Positions 1 to 12,099 of a stretch of 64,000 nucleotides of DNA are shown one piece after another. Position 1 is the stretch's first letter. Each line of letters begins with the position of its first letter. This DNA comes from Octopus bimaculoides (Eukaryota). Both the position numbers and the translations under genes were made by a program. The stretch spans positions 136,427,109-136,491,108 of the forward strand of contig NC_068983.1 of assembly GCF_001194135.2 (NCBI RefSeq). The letters are read 5' to 3'. Below the pieces are notes generated by a model. The model was given only the letters and a program-made list of their open reading frames with translations. It was not told the origin of the DNA and did not search any database.

Positions 1-720
1 CGATTTGGACTCGAAATGTGGCTTTTTGCCACATTCGAAGACATAGAAAGAATTCCCTACCAGATAGAAGTGGAGGACGAGAAAACGTTGAATGTCGTAG
101 TCGAGGGAAGAAAACCAAATTGTTATCTATGCGGGGAGAGAGGTCATATGAAGACCAAATTCCCCCTATATGAGTTCACACAGCCACAGCAAGAGAAAGC
201 ACAAACAGGGGAGGAAAAATTGTAGACCACACTGAGGAAATAAAAGAGAGACAGAAGTGTGAAACAGAGAAAACAAAGAAGAACGAAAATGGAGCTACTA
301 GCCCTAAAAAGGGAAGGAAAAATAAGTCAAAGGAACGGTCAACAGAAAAAAAAAAGAGACAAAAAAAAGCCAGAAACTAATAATGTACAAGAAGAGGAGG
401 AGAGAACGGAGAAAGATGTGAAATACAAGGGGCTTTTGATAAAGTACGAAAATTGCGAGCAGATGGAGAGAAAAGTCGAGAGGTTAAAAGAAATAATAAG
501 AGTGAAAATGCCAGAGAAATGTGCTGAAAAATGCATTTTGATACGTGAGGAAAGGTGCATAAAAGAACTTGGTGAAAATTTAATAACGAAACGGATATGG
601 TTGGTGGAGACACCACCCCCTAGAACTGATTATTTGCAGTTGTTAAAGTCGGACGTAACAATGATTAATGGAAGAAAGGTAACACGAGTGTTTGGATTTT
701 TTGAGTTACAAAACCGTTAA
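1..720 (+). mobile_element. 3' part of a gag-like/ORF1-like retroelement protein with a degenerate CCHC zinc knuckle (pseudogenised)
   Basis: ORF 16-225 reads VVVEGRKPN-CYLCGERGHMKTKF, a CX2CX4HX4C knuckle with the last C changed to F. It is followed by a K/E-rich low-complexity ORF (259-720). Confidence 0.6.
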
Positions 721-934
721 AATGTTTACATGACGTTGAACGTAAAAGTGAAAAACTAGATAAATGTAACCACCCGACTTCGGGGATTGAGTGGACATTG
801 CGCCTCATTTTTTTCATTCTTGCATATTATCATTTTATTTTAATTACCCCGATTTTATGTTTGCGTTTTGTACTGTCTTTATGTTTTGTGGTGTCTTAAA
901 AATTCTTTGTATAGCTCTTTATGGGTAATAAAGA

Positions 935-1075
935 AATCGGTATTTCGTCTGAGTTCAAATTCCGATGAGATTGACTTTGCCTTTCATCCTTTCGGGGTCG
1001 ATAAATTAAGTACCATTGCGTACTGGGGTCAATCAAATCGACTGGTCCTCTCCCCCCAAATTTCGGGCTGTAGTG
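935..1075 (+). mobile_element. tRNA-derived SINE fragment (octopus-type)
   Basis: B-box-like GAGTTCAAATTCC followed by GACTTTGCCTTTCATCCTTTCGGGGTCGATAAATTAAGTACC. Related copies at about 53620-53780, 55680-55830 and 63600-63790. Confidence 0.75.
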
Positions 1076-1161
1076 AAAAACCTCTCGCTCGGGCATTCAA
1101 TGATAACGAAGCTGTTAACATCTAGCCTTCGGTTGCCTTGGACCTTCTATCCATTATCCTG

Positions 1162-1326
1162 ATTGGTTCTTATTTTGCGCGGCAATTGTCCCCGTGTTCT
1201 GCTTGCTAAGGGGGCATTACATCCAATCGTGGCTTTGGGATAAAGTCACGTGAGATAGAGTTTTTCTGGGTTTCCGGTGAGCCTTTTTTCGCCTATAAAT
1301 AAGCCCGATCCAACGACAGCATTCGT
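1162..1326 (+). promoter_or_regulatory. Candidate RNA polymerase II promoter (CCAAT x2, E-box, TATA, Inr-like)
   Basis: ATTGG 1162-1166, CCAAT 1223-1227, GTCACGTGA 1245-1253, TATAAATA 1294-1301, GCATTC with A at 1321, in CpG-retaining sequence. Confidence 0.45.
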
Positions 1327-2250
1327 CTTCGATTTCAAATCTCTCACAGGTCTGTTCGTTCACCACACACCTACAGCCAGTTTCAACGCCAATGCACTGT
1401 CTACCATTGTCGTCGCCAGCAACATCAACAAGCGCGGTTTTATCTCGACCCTGTTTGAGTGGATGTTTCCACAACGGTTGAGTTTGTCCTAAGTTCTTTT
1501 ACTGGCACCACGGCTCGTATCTCACGATGAGCCTTCTATCATATATATCTTGTTTTGTGTTCGACCGTGCGACATGGTAAAAAGGAGCCTTTACCGTCTA
1601 CGTCGCCATCTCCTTTGGTTCGCACGGTCGAAGTATTGCAGGGCTTTGTGCCTAGAGAAGAAACGAATATTTCCACTATTTTCTGATCATAAAACGAAAG
1701 AATTCCGTCAAATAATATTCTAAGTATCTGGCGAGAGTCATCCTGTTCTAATGCCTTATTAATTAACACACTCACCGGTTCTATTTCCATTCATTTACTT
1801 CTAAGTGTTTTCTTATCAAACAATGAAGTGCAATGATAACGCAATTGTTTGGGTGTCACGCTACTAACAACTAATTATAGAACGAAATTTATGACATAAT
1901 CTAAATTTTCAGCATTATGATACAATGTTATGCTGTTCTATTACTTTATACCTATAAATGTATACATCAAAACGCAAATGACAACATTTATAAAACGTAA
2001 TTATTCTATGGGTCCCGCTAGGTTATGTAGATTATACCTATGCTGAAAAATCATGTTTAGTCAACATCTTTAATAAAACAAGCAAAAATCACATTAAACC
2101 AGTTATTTATTGAAGCTTTCCAGTTTCAAGGGTTCGTTAGCCATGCATATTGTCAAATGAAATTAGAGAAAGACTTCCTTATGTACCCCCGATAAGTTTT
2201 TTTTTTTTAATATTACACATGGTGGAAAATTGATTTCTTACCATGTCTTA

Positions 2251-2462
2251 TAATGATGAGACAGTCATAAAAATAAAGAATTTCTTATTAAAAAGACTTC
2301 ATTTCTGTATTATGTATATTCATGTCCCAATTTGCTTTAACGTTAAGACCAAAATTGCCAAACTCTACGAAATTTGCCTAACCTTGGGACATGAATATAC
2401 ATAATACAGAAATGTAGATTTTTTAATAGAAATTCTTAATTTTTATGACTTTCTCATCATTA
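2251..2462. repeat. Foldback/MITE-like inverted repeat with about 80-bp arms
   Basis: 2251-2330 is the reverse complement (a few mismatches) of 2384-2462, with a 53-bp spacer. Confidence 0.85.
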
Positions 2463-2529
2463 TTATTATAGGAGGATCTTTTTTAAAACGGGGGCCACAT
2501 TTTTCATTAACGAAACACTTTGAATTTAA

Positions 2530-3063
2530 AATAGATCCCTGGGAATTCGTATTTTTACATTTCTTCCTCCTCTATAACAATGCTATTTTCTCACTTCTTA
2601 ATATGTTGGTTGCATGCTTGGTTGCCTCTTCTATAGTGGCGAACCTCACCTCAACCGTACCGAACTTTCTTCCTATGTTGATGTACGTGGCTTCATTGAC
2701 AATTTCACCCAGGCACTCCTCGATTTCTTCTTCCGTCACCATTTCAATTTTACCGGTTTCGACAGCCTGTGTTCGATACACTACTGTCCTCAGAATCTTA
2801 TTTTCTTTAGTCTCTTTTGGGGGACACAATTTGTACGAGTCTCCCTCAACTTCTATCAAATTCCTGCTTCTGGTCACCTCCTCTATANNNNNNNNNNNNN
2901 NNNNNNNNNNNNNNNNNNNNNNNNNNNNNNNNNNNNNNNNNNNNNNNNNNNNNNNNNNNNNNNNNNNNNNNNNNNNNNNNNNNNNNNNNNNNNNNNNNNN
3001 NNNNNNNNNNNNNNNNNNNNNNNNNNNNNNNNNNACCGAGACAGTTTTCACAAAGTAACACAA
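2530..3063 (-). mobile_element. 5' part of a gag-like/ORF1-like retroelement protein (RRM-like region), gap-interrupted
   Basis: Minus-strand ORF ...EEIEECLGEIVNEATYINIGRKFGTVEVRFATIEEATKHATNILRSEKIALL, continuing after a frameshift as YRGGRNVKIRIP. It resembles non-LTR ORF1 RRM segments. Confidence 0.5.
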
Positions 3064-3086
3064 CAGTATTCACAATAATTCACAGA

Positions 3087-3201
3087 GCCGTTATACCGCT
3101 AAGCAGTTCGACCGGCGTGCTAATTTTTCTGCCAGCTCACCACCTTAAAATAGTGGAAATTCAATATTTCCACTATTTTAAGGTGGCGAGCTGGCAGAAA
3201 A
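3087..3201. repeat. SINE 5' head (minus strand) plus its inverted copy, forming a 36-bp hairpin
   Basis: 3125-3160 pairs with 3166-3201 (1 mismatch, loop TCAAT). The arms contain the SINE start AAGGTGGCGAGCTGGCAGAA. Confidence 0.85.
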
Positions 3202-3429
3202 GTTTCGGCAGTCTTCCTTAAAAAAAATTAGTTTTTTTTTTTACTTCAATTTTTTTTTTCTTTAGAGATAACGATTCTGAAAAAGTAAAAATTCTAATTA
3301 CCAATTTTTTTGTTATTACCGATTGCATACGATCATTTTCACTTTCATTTTGTGATCATAAAACTAAAAAAAAAACCTTATTTGACTATTATTTATGGTA
3401 TTTAAATGAAGTATGACATCTTTTCCTTT

Positions 3430-4060
3430 TGTGATATTTGTGTTCTACTTCAGTCTGTTTCTTCTGTTGTTTTCTTCCTTTCAATTTTCCAGTTGTCACT
3501 AAATGTTCCGAGCTTTGACTTCTTACATTAAGAAAATTTCTACTGATTTCTACTCCTCTGAAAACTTCAGACGTGTGTTACTTTATTTGTATAGGACATT
3601 TTTAACATTCGTTTGAGAAACATCTCTGTAGCGTTGATAATAAGCCTTTGTATTTGTTTCCATATGCAAAGATGGGTTCTGTTGCATTCCTTCAGGACAC
3701 TTTTCCACCACCCTCGCTCTTAGTGACAACAGTTCATATATGTTTGATCTTACCGAAAGCAACCTTGTTCTGTCTAATCTTTGACGTAATTTCTTTGATG
3801 CTTCCCTTTTAAGAAATAAATATTAGATTTTCATTTCTACCCAATATAACGCAAATTTGACAAAAACGATGTACTGCTTTCACTTTACCCAGATACATTC
3901 AGTTTACCAAAAGCGTTTGTCGAGATGCCTATATTTCCTGTTTTCCAATAGATGACTAAGATGATGTCTCTATTTTCCCAATGAAGATGAACTACTGTAG
4001 GAGAAATAGCTTCGAGTGGAAATCAGGACTGTTTTGCAAATGCAGTTCGTTGGAAGCCTC
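3430..4060 (-). mobile_element. Old, degraded RTE-clade LINE ORF2 C-terminal fragment
   Basis: Minus-strand frames give GSIKEITSKIRQNKVAFGKIK, INATEMFLKRMLKMSYTNKVT and EHLVTTGKLKGRK, typical RTE post-RT motifs, broken by stops and frameshifts. Confidence 0.65.
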
Positions 4061-4911
4061 ATGTATACTAGTGTGTATCAAATTGATTAATTGAAAAAGA
4101 ATTTAGTAATAATATCTATCACTATAAAATATCTTTACAAGTGATCTGTATATGTAATTATTTGATGCTGAAAGGAATAATAGGTATACGTCAACTTGCA
4201 TTCAGACTACACACAGTATTGATGTCAGCGAGTATTTGATGGCAACGAAATCTAAGCTTTTGCTAGACGACGAGCAGAAAATATTTATATAAAGAAAGAT
4301 TTAATGATCTGTAATATTTAATCTTTCTGGGGTAGAATACTCCATTATCTAGTCGCTTTTTCATGTGTTCGTGCGTGTATATATGTATGTGTGTATATAT
4401 ANNNNNNNNNNNNNNNNNNNNNNNNNNNNNNNNNNNNNNNNNNNNNNNNNNNNNNNNNNNNNNNNNNNNNNNNNNNNNNNNNNNNNNNNNNNNNNNNNNN
4501 NNNNNNNNNNNNNNNNNNNNNNNNNNNNNNNNNNNNNNNNNNNNNNNNNNNNNNNNNNNNNNNNNNNNNNNNNNNNNNNNNNNNNNNNNNNNNNNNNNNN
4601 NNNNNNNNNNNNNNNNNNNNNNNNNNNNNNNNNNNNNNNNNNNNNNNNNNNNNNNNNNNNNNNNNNNNNNNNNNNNNNNNNNNNNNNNNNNNNNNNNNNN
4701 NNNNNNNNNNNNNNNNNNNNNNNNNNNNNNNNNNNNNNNNNNNNNNNNNNNNNNNNNNNNNNNNNNNNNNNNNNNNNNNNNNNNNNNNNNNNNNNNNNNN
4801 NNNNNNNNNNNNNNNNNNNNNNNNNNGTTCCGGAAAATTGCCAAAAATCGGCATTATTAAATTCCTCCCTTCCTCCACCAATTTTTTCAATATTGACTTT
4901 TTTCCCCAACA

Positions 4912-4952
4912 CTAACCCTAATCCTAACCCCCTAACCCTAAAACCCTAACTC
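4912..4952 (+). repeat. Degenerate (CCCTAA)n telomere-like tract within a gap-adjacent repeat
   Basis: ACTAACCCTAATCCTAACCCCTAACCCTAAAACCCTAACTC. Confidence 0.7.
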
Positions 4953-6132
4953 TATCCGTAACTACAGAAAATTTTGTCCGAATCATAATGTCCATATTTT
5001 TCTGTATATTTAGAAAAAAAAATTCTTAAAAAAAAGTTTTACATAAACGTTTGGAAATTTTTTTCCGTATCATAATCTCCATATTTTTCCACATATTTTG
5101 AAAAAAAAAAAAGAAGGAAATGGGTGTGGGGTGGTAATTTTAAAATGCCGATTTTTGCCAATTTTTTTCCAGATTTGTATTCCCTGTAGTTGAAAAGGGG
5201 GTTTGGGGTTGAAAAAAAAATTTTTTTTAAAGGGTGGTTTTTAGACAGGGACGGGCGGAAGTCTTGCCAATTACGATTCTGGGAAAAAACCGTTTTATTC
5301 ATAGTTTCAGTTTTTAAAAAAATCTCTCAGCTTTCAGAACATATGCCTGACATTAACCTTCTTGAAGTTTTAGCATGCATCTATGCATTCGCGTGCATGC
5401 ATAAATGTATGCTATGCAGCAAATAGCAGACGACACTTGGATCAGTATGGTTGCTCAACCCAACTGAACTTCTCCCTCAAACTTCAACCACCTTATAAAA
5501 GGAGGGATACAATAGACAATGTAGCCCTGAATAAACAAAAATATAATTCTGAACAAAATTTTTCTTCAACATGTCAATATTTTTTTAATCTACCTTCCCT
5601 CAGCATTCAGAATATGAACATCTGCCTCAAAGAAGTAAGGAATGAACAATCAGTGAAATTTACTGGTATTTTATATTCTGACATTGAAACCCTTTCTTTG
5701 AGACCTCATGTTCAACCTTCTTCATGAGCTACTAAACTACAAATGAAAAATGAAATTTAGTTATTCTTCAGCCCATTCTGCAGAGAACCTAATGTATACA
5801 TATTTAAACTACACAGGCAAATTTGTTCATAACTAATTCTTGAACATGTCCAATGGTGGATTGAAGTGATACAAGTCACCACCTATCATTGACTAATAGA
5901 AGTCAGGTGGTGAGTTTTGGTGCTTGAGCATATAAACTTTTCCAGTTACCTTAACATTCATCTTTTTGTTCCATCAGTGTATGAAGAGTCATTGTCAATT
6001 ATACTCCAGGCTATAATGATGTTTTTAACTGTACTTATCTCCCGGTTTCCAAAATGAGTTGATTCTTCTCTTGAAGGCATGTTCTAAATTTGATATAATT
6101 TCTTTGAATATCATCATATTGTGTTAGTGATT

Positions 6133-6138
<6 letters not shown>

Positions 6139-6182
<44 letters not shown>

Positions 6183-6204
6183 ACACACTATATCATGATT
6201 TTTA

Positions 6205-6240
<36 letters not shown>

Positions 6241-6250
6241 GTATATATAC
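6139..6250. repeat. (CT)n, (GT)n and (AT)n microsatellites
   Basis: Directly visible dinucleotide runs. Confidence 0.95.
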
Positions 6251-7184
6251 TCATGTGTATATGCTTACTCTTTATGCATTTTCTACATTATACATTAAAC
6301 TGGCACTCTCATTTAAGAAAAGAATATATATATATTTTAAGTTAGCCTAATCCTCATCATCATCATTCAATATCCATTTTTCATGCTGGTAGACTAAATG
6401 TAATGTTATCGAAATCCTGAGTTTGTACTCATGCTATGCTAGTTATTTTAATAGTTTGTATTTTGTAGTTTGAAAGAAAATGAAGCCAGCATGCTCCACT
6501 GGATGTGTATGTCTTTGTGCACAAACAATGCAGTACAAATGATCTGAGAGAAAAACTGTGTCTAAGAGGAATTTGATGTAGTTCACCAGAGAGAAAACTG
6601 CAGTAGTATACTGTCATTATCCATATGCAATGCATACGGATGATGATAGTGGATGCTGTCTGTGGAAGAGGAAAATTTAGAAATATATAGGACAGTGTGT
6701 TGAAATCTCTTCTCAAGATATTAATCCTCACAATTGGTGACATTCTGTCTAAGAGAAAATCCACTTTATCGAACAAGCATGGCATAAAAAAAGCTAACAA
6801 GAAGAGTTACTTGGGTGCTCTAATTGCATCAACCTACTTCTTCCCCACCTCCCTTTCTGTCTACGATGCATTCACTGTATTCATCCTCTGCTCTCCTCTC
6901 TGTTCATGTAATCTCCTCTCTGTTCATGTAATCTCCTCTGGCGTCACTTTTTTCTCACTGCTCTTGCTACACCCACTGCTCTCCTAACTTCTCCCTATTT
7001 CTCACCCTCTCTGGCCTTCCCATTACCTCCCACGCCTCTCTTCATCTGCAATGACCCTCCTCTTACATCCTTCCTGGTTCCTCATTACCCTCATCTCTTT
7101 CATGCTCTCTTCCTCCTATTTTTTCACAGTCATAACTCTTTCTCTTAGTCTCCTTTCAGTCACGACAGGATTTTGGTCTTGCTC

Positions 7185-7430
7185 GGAGGCGTGTAGCTTT
7201 GTGGTTAAGGTGTTGGACTCATGATTGTAAGATTGTGGTTTCAATTCCAGGACTGGCCAATGTGATGTGTTCTTGAGCAAAACATTTCATTTCACATTGC
7301 TCCAATCCACTCAGCTAGCAAAAATTAGTAAGCCTGCAATGGACCGATGTCCTGTCCAGGTGGGGAATATATATGCCATGGAAACCAGGAAACCGGCCCC
7401 TTATGAGTCAGAGGCAACTTTAGAACTTTA
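7185..7430 (+). mobile_element. tRNA-derived SINE, second family
   Basis: A-box-like TGGTTAAGG and B-box-like GGTTTCAATTCC, then core TTCTTGAGCAAAACATTTCATTTCACATTGCTCC. A homologous copy lies at 36950-37140. Confidence 0.75.
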
Positions 7431-10400
7431 GTCTTGCTAGTTACAGTATGACCTCACTAGTTTTGGTGTCATGAGAAAGCACCTAATACAGTCTATACAG
7501 TGGTTGTTTGTTTGGAAGGACATCCAGCTATAGAACACATGTCAAAACTGAAGCATCAAAGCATGATGTGGTCCTCCAATTCATCAGTTCCTATTGAACC
7601 ATCCAATCCATACCAGCATAAAATGATGATGGTGATAAAAAGTAACCAATAATCAAATCAATTAGATAACAGTATTTAACATATGAATATAGTTTGCAGC
7701 ATTGATAAATGTAATTTTGTAAGTGTGTGTGAAGATGAGGAGTAAAATATTTCAATAATTTCCTTATTCTAAGGCATGTTTTAATGACAAATTTGTGTGC
7801 ATTTTAGAATTCTTTATTTCAAATTTTAGGTATGTTGATCTCTGTATATACTTTCATGGTAGGAAATAGACAGACACTTTGTTTTCTGTTTACTTTTGCA
7901 TAAATAATCAATTGTTATATTTCTAAATGGAATGTCTCTGGCGTTCTGTTTTTTAATTTTTGAAGTTCTTTTGATTTAAAGCTCACAAATAGTTTTTTTT
8001 TTCTTGTAAACCATACTGGCTTATTTTATGTGTATTTATTTTTTCTGGTTTTGTTTGTCTTCCTTGTTTGTTTGTGTTTTTTTTCACCTATCCTAACTAT
8101 ATAAGTTTATTTCTAAAGTTCAAAGAGAAAGTTGTAATATAACAATTTATCAGAAACATTGCATGATAAATAGTTAGACTGAGGGAAAAAGAGGATGAAA
8201 GGGCTACAATATGTGATTTTGAGAGTGTTGCTGTCTTTCTTTTATTCTCCTTTCTCTACTGCACATTCCACCACTTATACATCATCATCATTGAAAGGTT
8301 AACTTGTATATCTCCATAATGAAATGAGTTAAACAGAATTGAAGTACAATTTTGCTACTTCACTTTCTGTTCCATGTCAGTTTCTCTGTAAACTTTATTA
8401 ACACTTAAATCTATTTTTCACTACTTTGTTCTTTCATATTTATTTTAGTTTCTATCATTATTTGAAACAGCACTTATAGTTTCTTGTATCCATGAAGAAA
8501 TGATTCCAATGCTTATCAGCATTACAATAGCACTCATTTCTCAAACTTACTTCACATATCCAGTAAATTGTACTGATTTCAGTACTACCTTCAGAAAAAT
8601 TTTACCTATAAAGGCCATAGCTCATTATCAAACAGCATCATACATTCCCACTGGACAATATCAACTCTGTAATAGGGAAACAGTACCAGTTTTGTACATG
8701 AATTCTTATCTATTTAATACTCTAGTTACTGTGTTTAACTGATATTTTATTCTGACATTGAATCTGTTACTTTGATCATTTCTCAATCCAAACTGCTCCT
8801 ACATCATGAATCTATTTGTTTTATAGTATATATATTTTTTTGTGGTGAATTTTACATTTTGTGCATAAGACTATTTCTCAGAAGTTGTGTTGACTCTTGA
8901 AGACCAAAAATACTTTGACCTCAGATAGTGGCACACCCTTGCATGCAAGTACACCTTATCCTAGAGTACTATTCACATAGCTTCTATACACATGTACATT
9001 AATTTCTAAGTTGCATCCAAGAAAAGACTCCATCCTCCTAATAAGTAAGCCTTTACTTATTTAACACAATAGATCTTGTACTTAAATATTCTATTTTTTC
9101 TGTAAATGCAACTTTCTGGAATTTTCACCTTACATAACTTTTCCTCTAAATAAATATTAACAGCATTATAATCTTGTGTGGTCTAAATTGTTAGTCTTGT
9201 GTGATTAATGCAATTAATGTTCAGTTTTAACTTTATAGCTTAATATCTATGGGAAAATCATGGGCGGGGAAGAAATTCTTGAGTGGGGAAGTTTGGGGAT
9301 GGAAAAATTGAGCAAAGTCATTAGTGGGTGCGACTCCATGGGAGTGATGAGAGAAGAGGTGAATTCAACTACTGTGCTTGGACAGATGTAATTACTTTCA
9401 AGATCAAAACAGCTGGAGCCATTGTAGCAACATTGACAGAGAAGGTTACTATGTGTAATGGTTTTTGTGTGTTAATGAGTAAATCCTTTCTCAATCAGCT
9501 CAGTATCTTTTCAAATACAGTCTAGGATGTTTGTATGTGCAGTAGCAACTTCAGTCTATATATTTATGAGCAATACCTTAATGTGCGCCTTTCCTGAGTT
9601 TTCTAGAGTGTTAGCTATTAATGTGTGCTGAAGTATTTTCTTCTGAAGAACAAGCTTAGTTATTGGAAGGCAGTTTCATAATGTTATATTTGTGTGGTTA
9701 CTATGTAAACTCATCAGAAATTGTGAAGACTTAGATTTGGAGCAGTATTAATGTTTTTTGTTGCCTGTTGTATATGTACAAAGAAGATATGACATGTTGA
9801 GCTCAGAGTTCAATACTAAGGCCAGTTAGGTTGTGCAGAGACTACTGAAGATTTTAGGTTGTAGAAAGCCCACCAGTTTCTTAAAGTCCTCTCCTCTTTA
9901 CACACAGGAAGCATTTGACTCAGAACTGCAGGCTATCAAAATACTTGTAGATTTATTGTGCTCTCACTGATTGCAGTGAAAGATACATTACCCTGTGCTA
10001 CCTATTTATATGAGTGAGAAATGTGCTATTAAAATTTGAGACTTCGTAATCTTGTGATAATCTTTCATTTAAGCCAGTTGCAATTCATTTTGAGCATTAC
10101 AACTTTCTTAATGATCAGTCTCATTAGCACCATCATATTTTCCCCCTTTTGCCCTTTAGCTGCTTTATACTGAATCAGTTTGTGAATTGGCTTAGCATTG
10201 AAATTTCTATGAAATGACTTTTGTGAACATCCCATCATAAAAACTGCTGTTAATGCTTTAAAGCCTGAAACAAAAAAAGAAGAGTGGAATAAAATCCTTA
10301 GTGAATATGATAGTTTTCTATAAATTTCTCCAAAGAAACATGAAGAATAAGGTTTTAGAAGAAACAGAAATGTATTTTGTAATATTCATGCCTTTTATAT

Positions 10401-11288
10401 ATATATATGCTAGCAATGTGAAAAATAATTAAATAGTTGCCACTAGAAATTGAAACCATATAATGAACTCAGGTTCCCTGATGCTTAGAACTTGCCTTCT
10501 ACCATAAAATGCTTGCTTATCACATCCTAGATTACTAGATTAGTACTATTTGCATTCAAATAGAAACAATATTAATAGTTGCTAAATAAAGTGATTGTTT
10601 TAGCTAAGAAAGTTACCTATTGATTATTTCTACTAGACTTGGAATATACTGAACAGAAATATTTCTGATGAGACGGCGCCAATAGTGTCTGATGGAAAAG
10701 TTGGTTGAGGCCAAGTGATTCTGAAATATTGCAAACAATAACAATTGTGTTTGGTTGACCTCTAAAGGCAGGGGCTTGCTAACTATTACAAATGTTTATA
10801 TTTTGTTTGAATATGTTAAACATGAGTTGTAGCTGGCCATGTCGATAGGATATTGACTACTTGAAGAACGATCAATGATCTGTATCCTGTGTCCATAGTA
10901 AAGGCACTTGTTTCTTACTGGTTCAGACAACCTGGCCAGAGTAGGTGTATGGTACTTGATATTAAAACAAGACTTCATAAACTTCAGTGCTGAAAATACC
11001 TGGCAGGTGTTTCTACAATTGTACACATTTGGAAATAGATATATATATATCCTTATTTGCTTGCTCTAGAACAGCAGTTGATAGCTAATGGAGTGGTATC
11101 AGTCTGTGGATTACTATATCATCACTGTTGATGTAAGAAAAACCAGAAAAGCCATGAAGAAAACTGTGCATTTATTGAGCTGTTATTATCTTAGATCAGT
11201 GAGTTAACATTAACTCCTATTAAATTTCATTTTAGTGGGGAATTTTTATCTAAGTACTAAAAAATTTGTGTATCATCTATACATGCAT

Positions 11289-11325
<37 letters not shown>

Positions 11326-11480
11326 AGCCAGCCATATCTATCTATATCTATATACTCTACTGCTCTCCTTCAGATTTATGATTTACTGAAGATACATATN
11401 NNNNNNNNNNNNNNNNNNNNNNNNNNNNNNNNNNNNNNNNNNNNNNNNNNNNNNNNNNNNNNNNNNNNNNNNNNNNNNNN

Positions 11481-11514
<34 letters not shown>

Positions 11515-12099
11515 GATAGATAGATAAGATCAGTTTGATTCAAATTTGTTGATACTCTTGAGTTTCAAGCATGATGCTAGTCATCAGCCATTTTGAATTT
11601 GGATGACAGAAGTTGATTGTTATTGTCGTAAGGTGAGCTGCAATTGGTCGAGGAAGGTCACACAGTGTTGCGGTTTGATGTTGGTCTATGGGTAACAGTT
11701 AGTTGGAAAATACTGCATGGTGAACAGGAAAGGGACCACGTGGAGATCAGGGAATAGAGTGCATGGCAATTAGAAATCAGTCAGATTGTTGGGGGCAGAA
11801 GTAGGAAGGGGCAGCATGTGCAAGTATATAGTTCTATATGTAGGTGTGTAGACACGCTCATATAGTTTTGCATGCATGTGTATATTGGTATGAGCGTGCA
11901 CATCTGTGCGTGAGTATGCACGCATATGCACATGAATGCACACACATACACACATGTGTATTCATTCATATGTAAACTCATGCATACCAGTGTGCATGCG
12001 CATGAATACATGTACTTGCACATGTTTGTGTGCAAGTATGCACCTGCAAAACAAGCGTTGAGAATTGGTAAGCACTGGGGATTGGTATGTACTGGGGAT

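Noticed and set aside
3754-3805. Apparent 52-nt minus-strand exon (AG…GTAAGA)
   Set aside because: It lies within a degraded RTE ORF2 whose reading continues on both sides, so the splice-like signals are incidental.
4912-4952. True telomere or chromosome end
   Set aside because: Only about six degenerate units, embedded internally with ordinary sequence on both sides.
9260-9391. 43-aa ATG ORF in a G-rich patch as Cav1 exon 1
   Set aside because: No phase-1 donor in that frame and no recognisable homology.
10665-10730. Hammerhead-ribozyme-like CTGATGA-GAC…GTC…GAAA
   Set aside because: Five extra nt lie between stem II and GAAA, stem III does not form properly, and the cleavage triplet would end in G. 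Likely chance.
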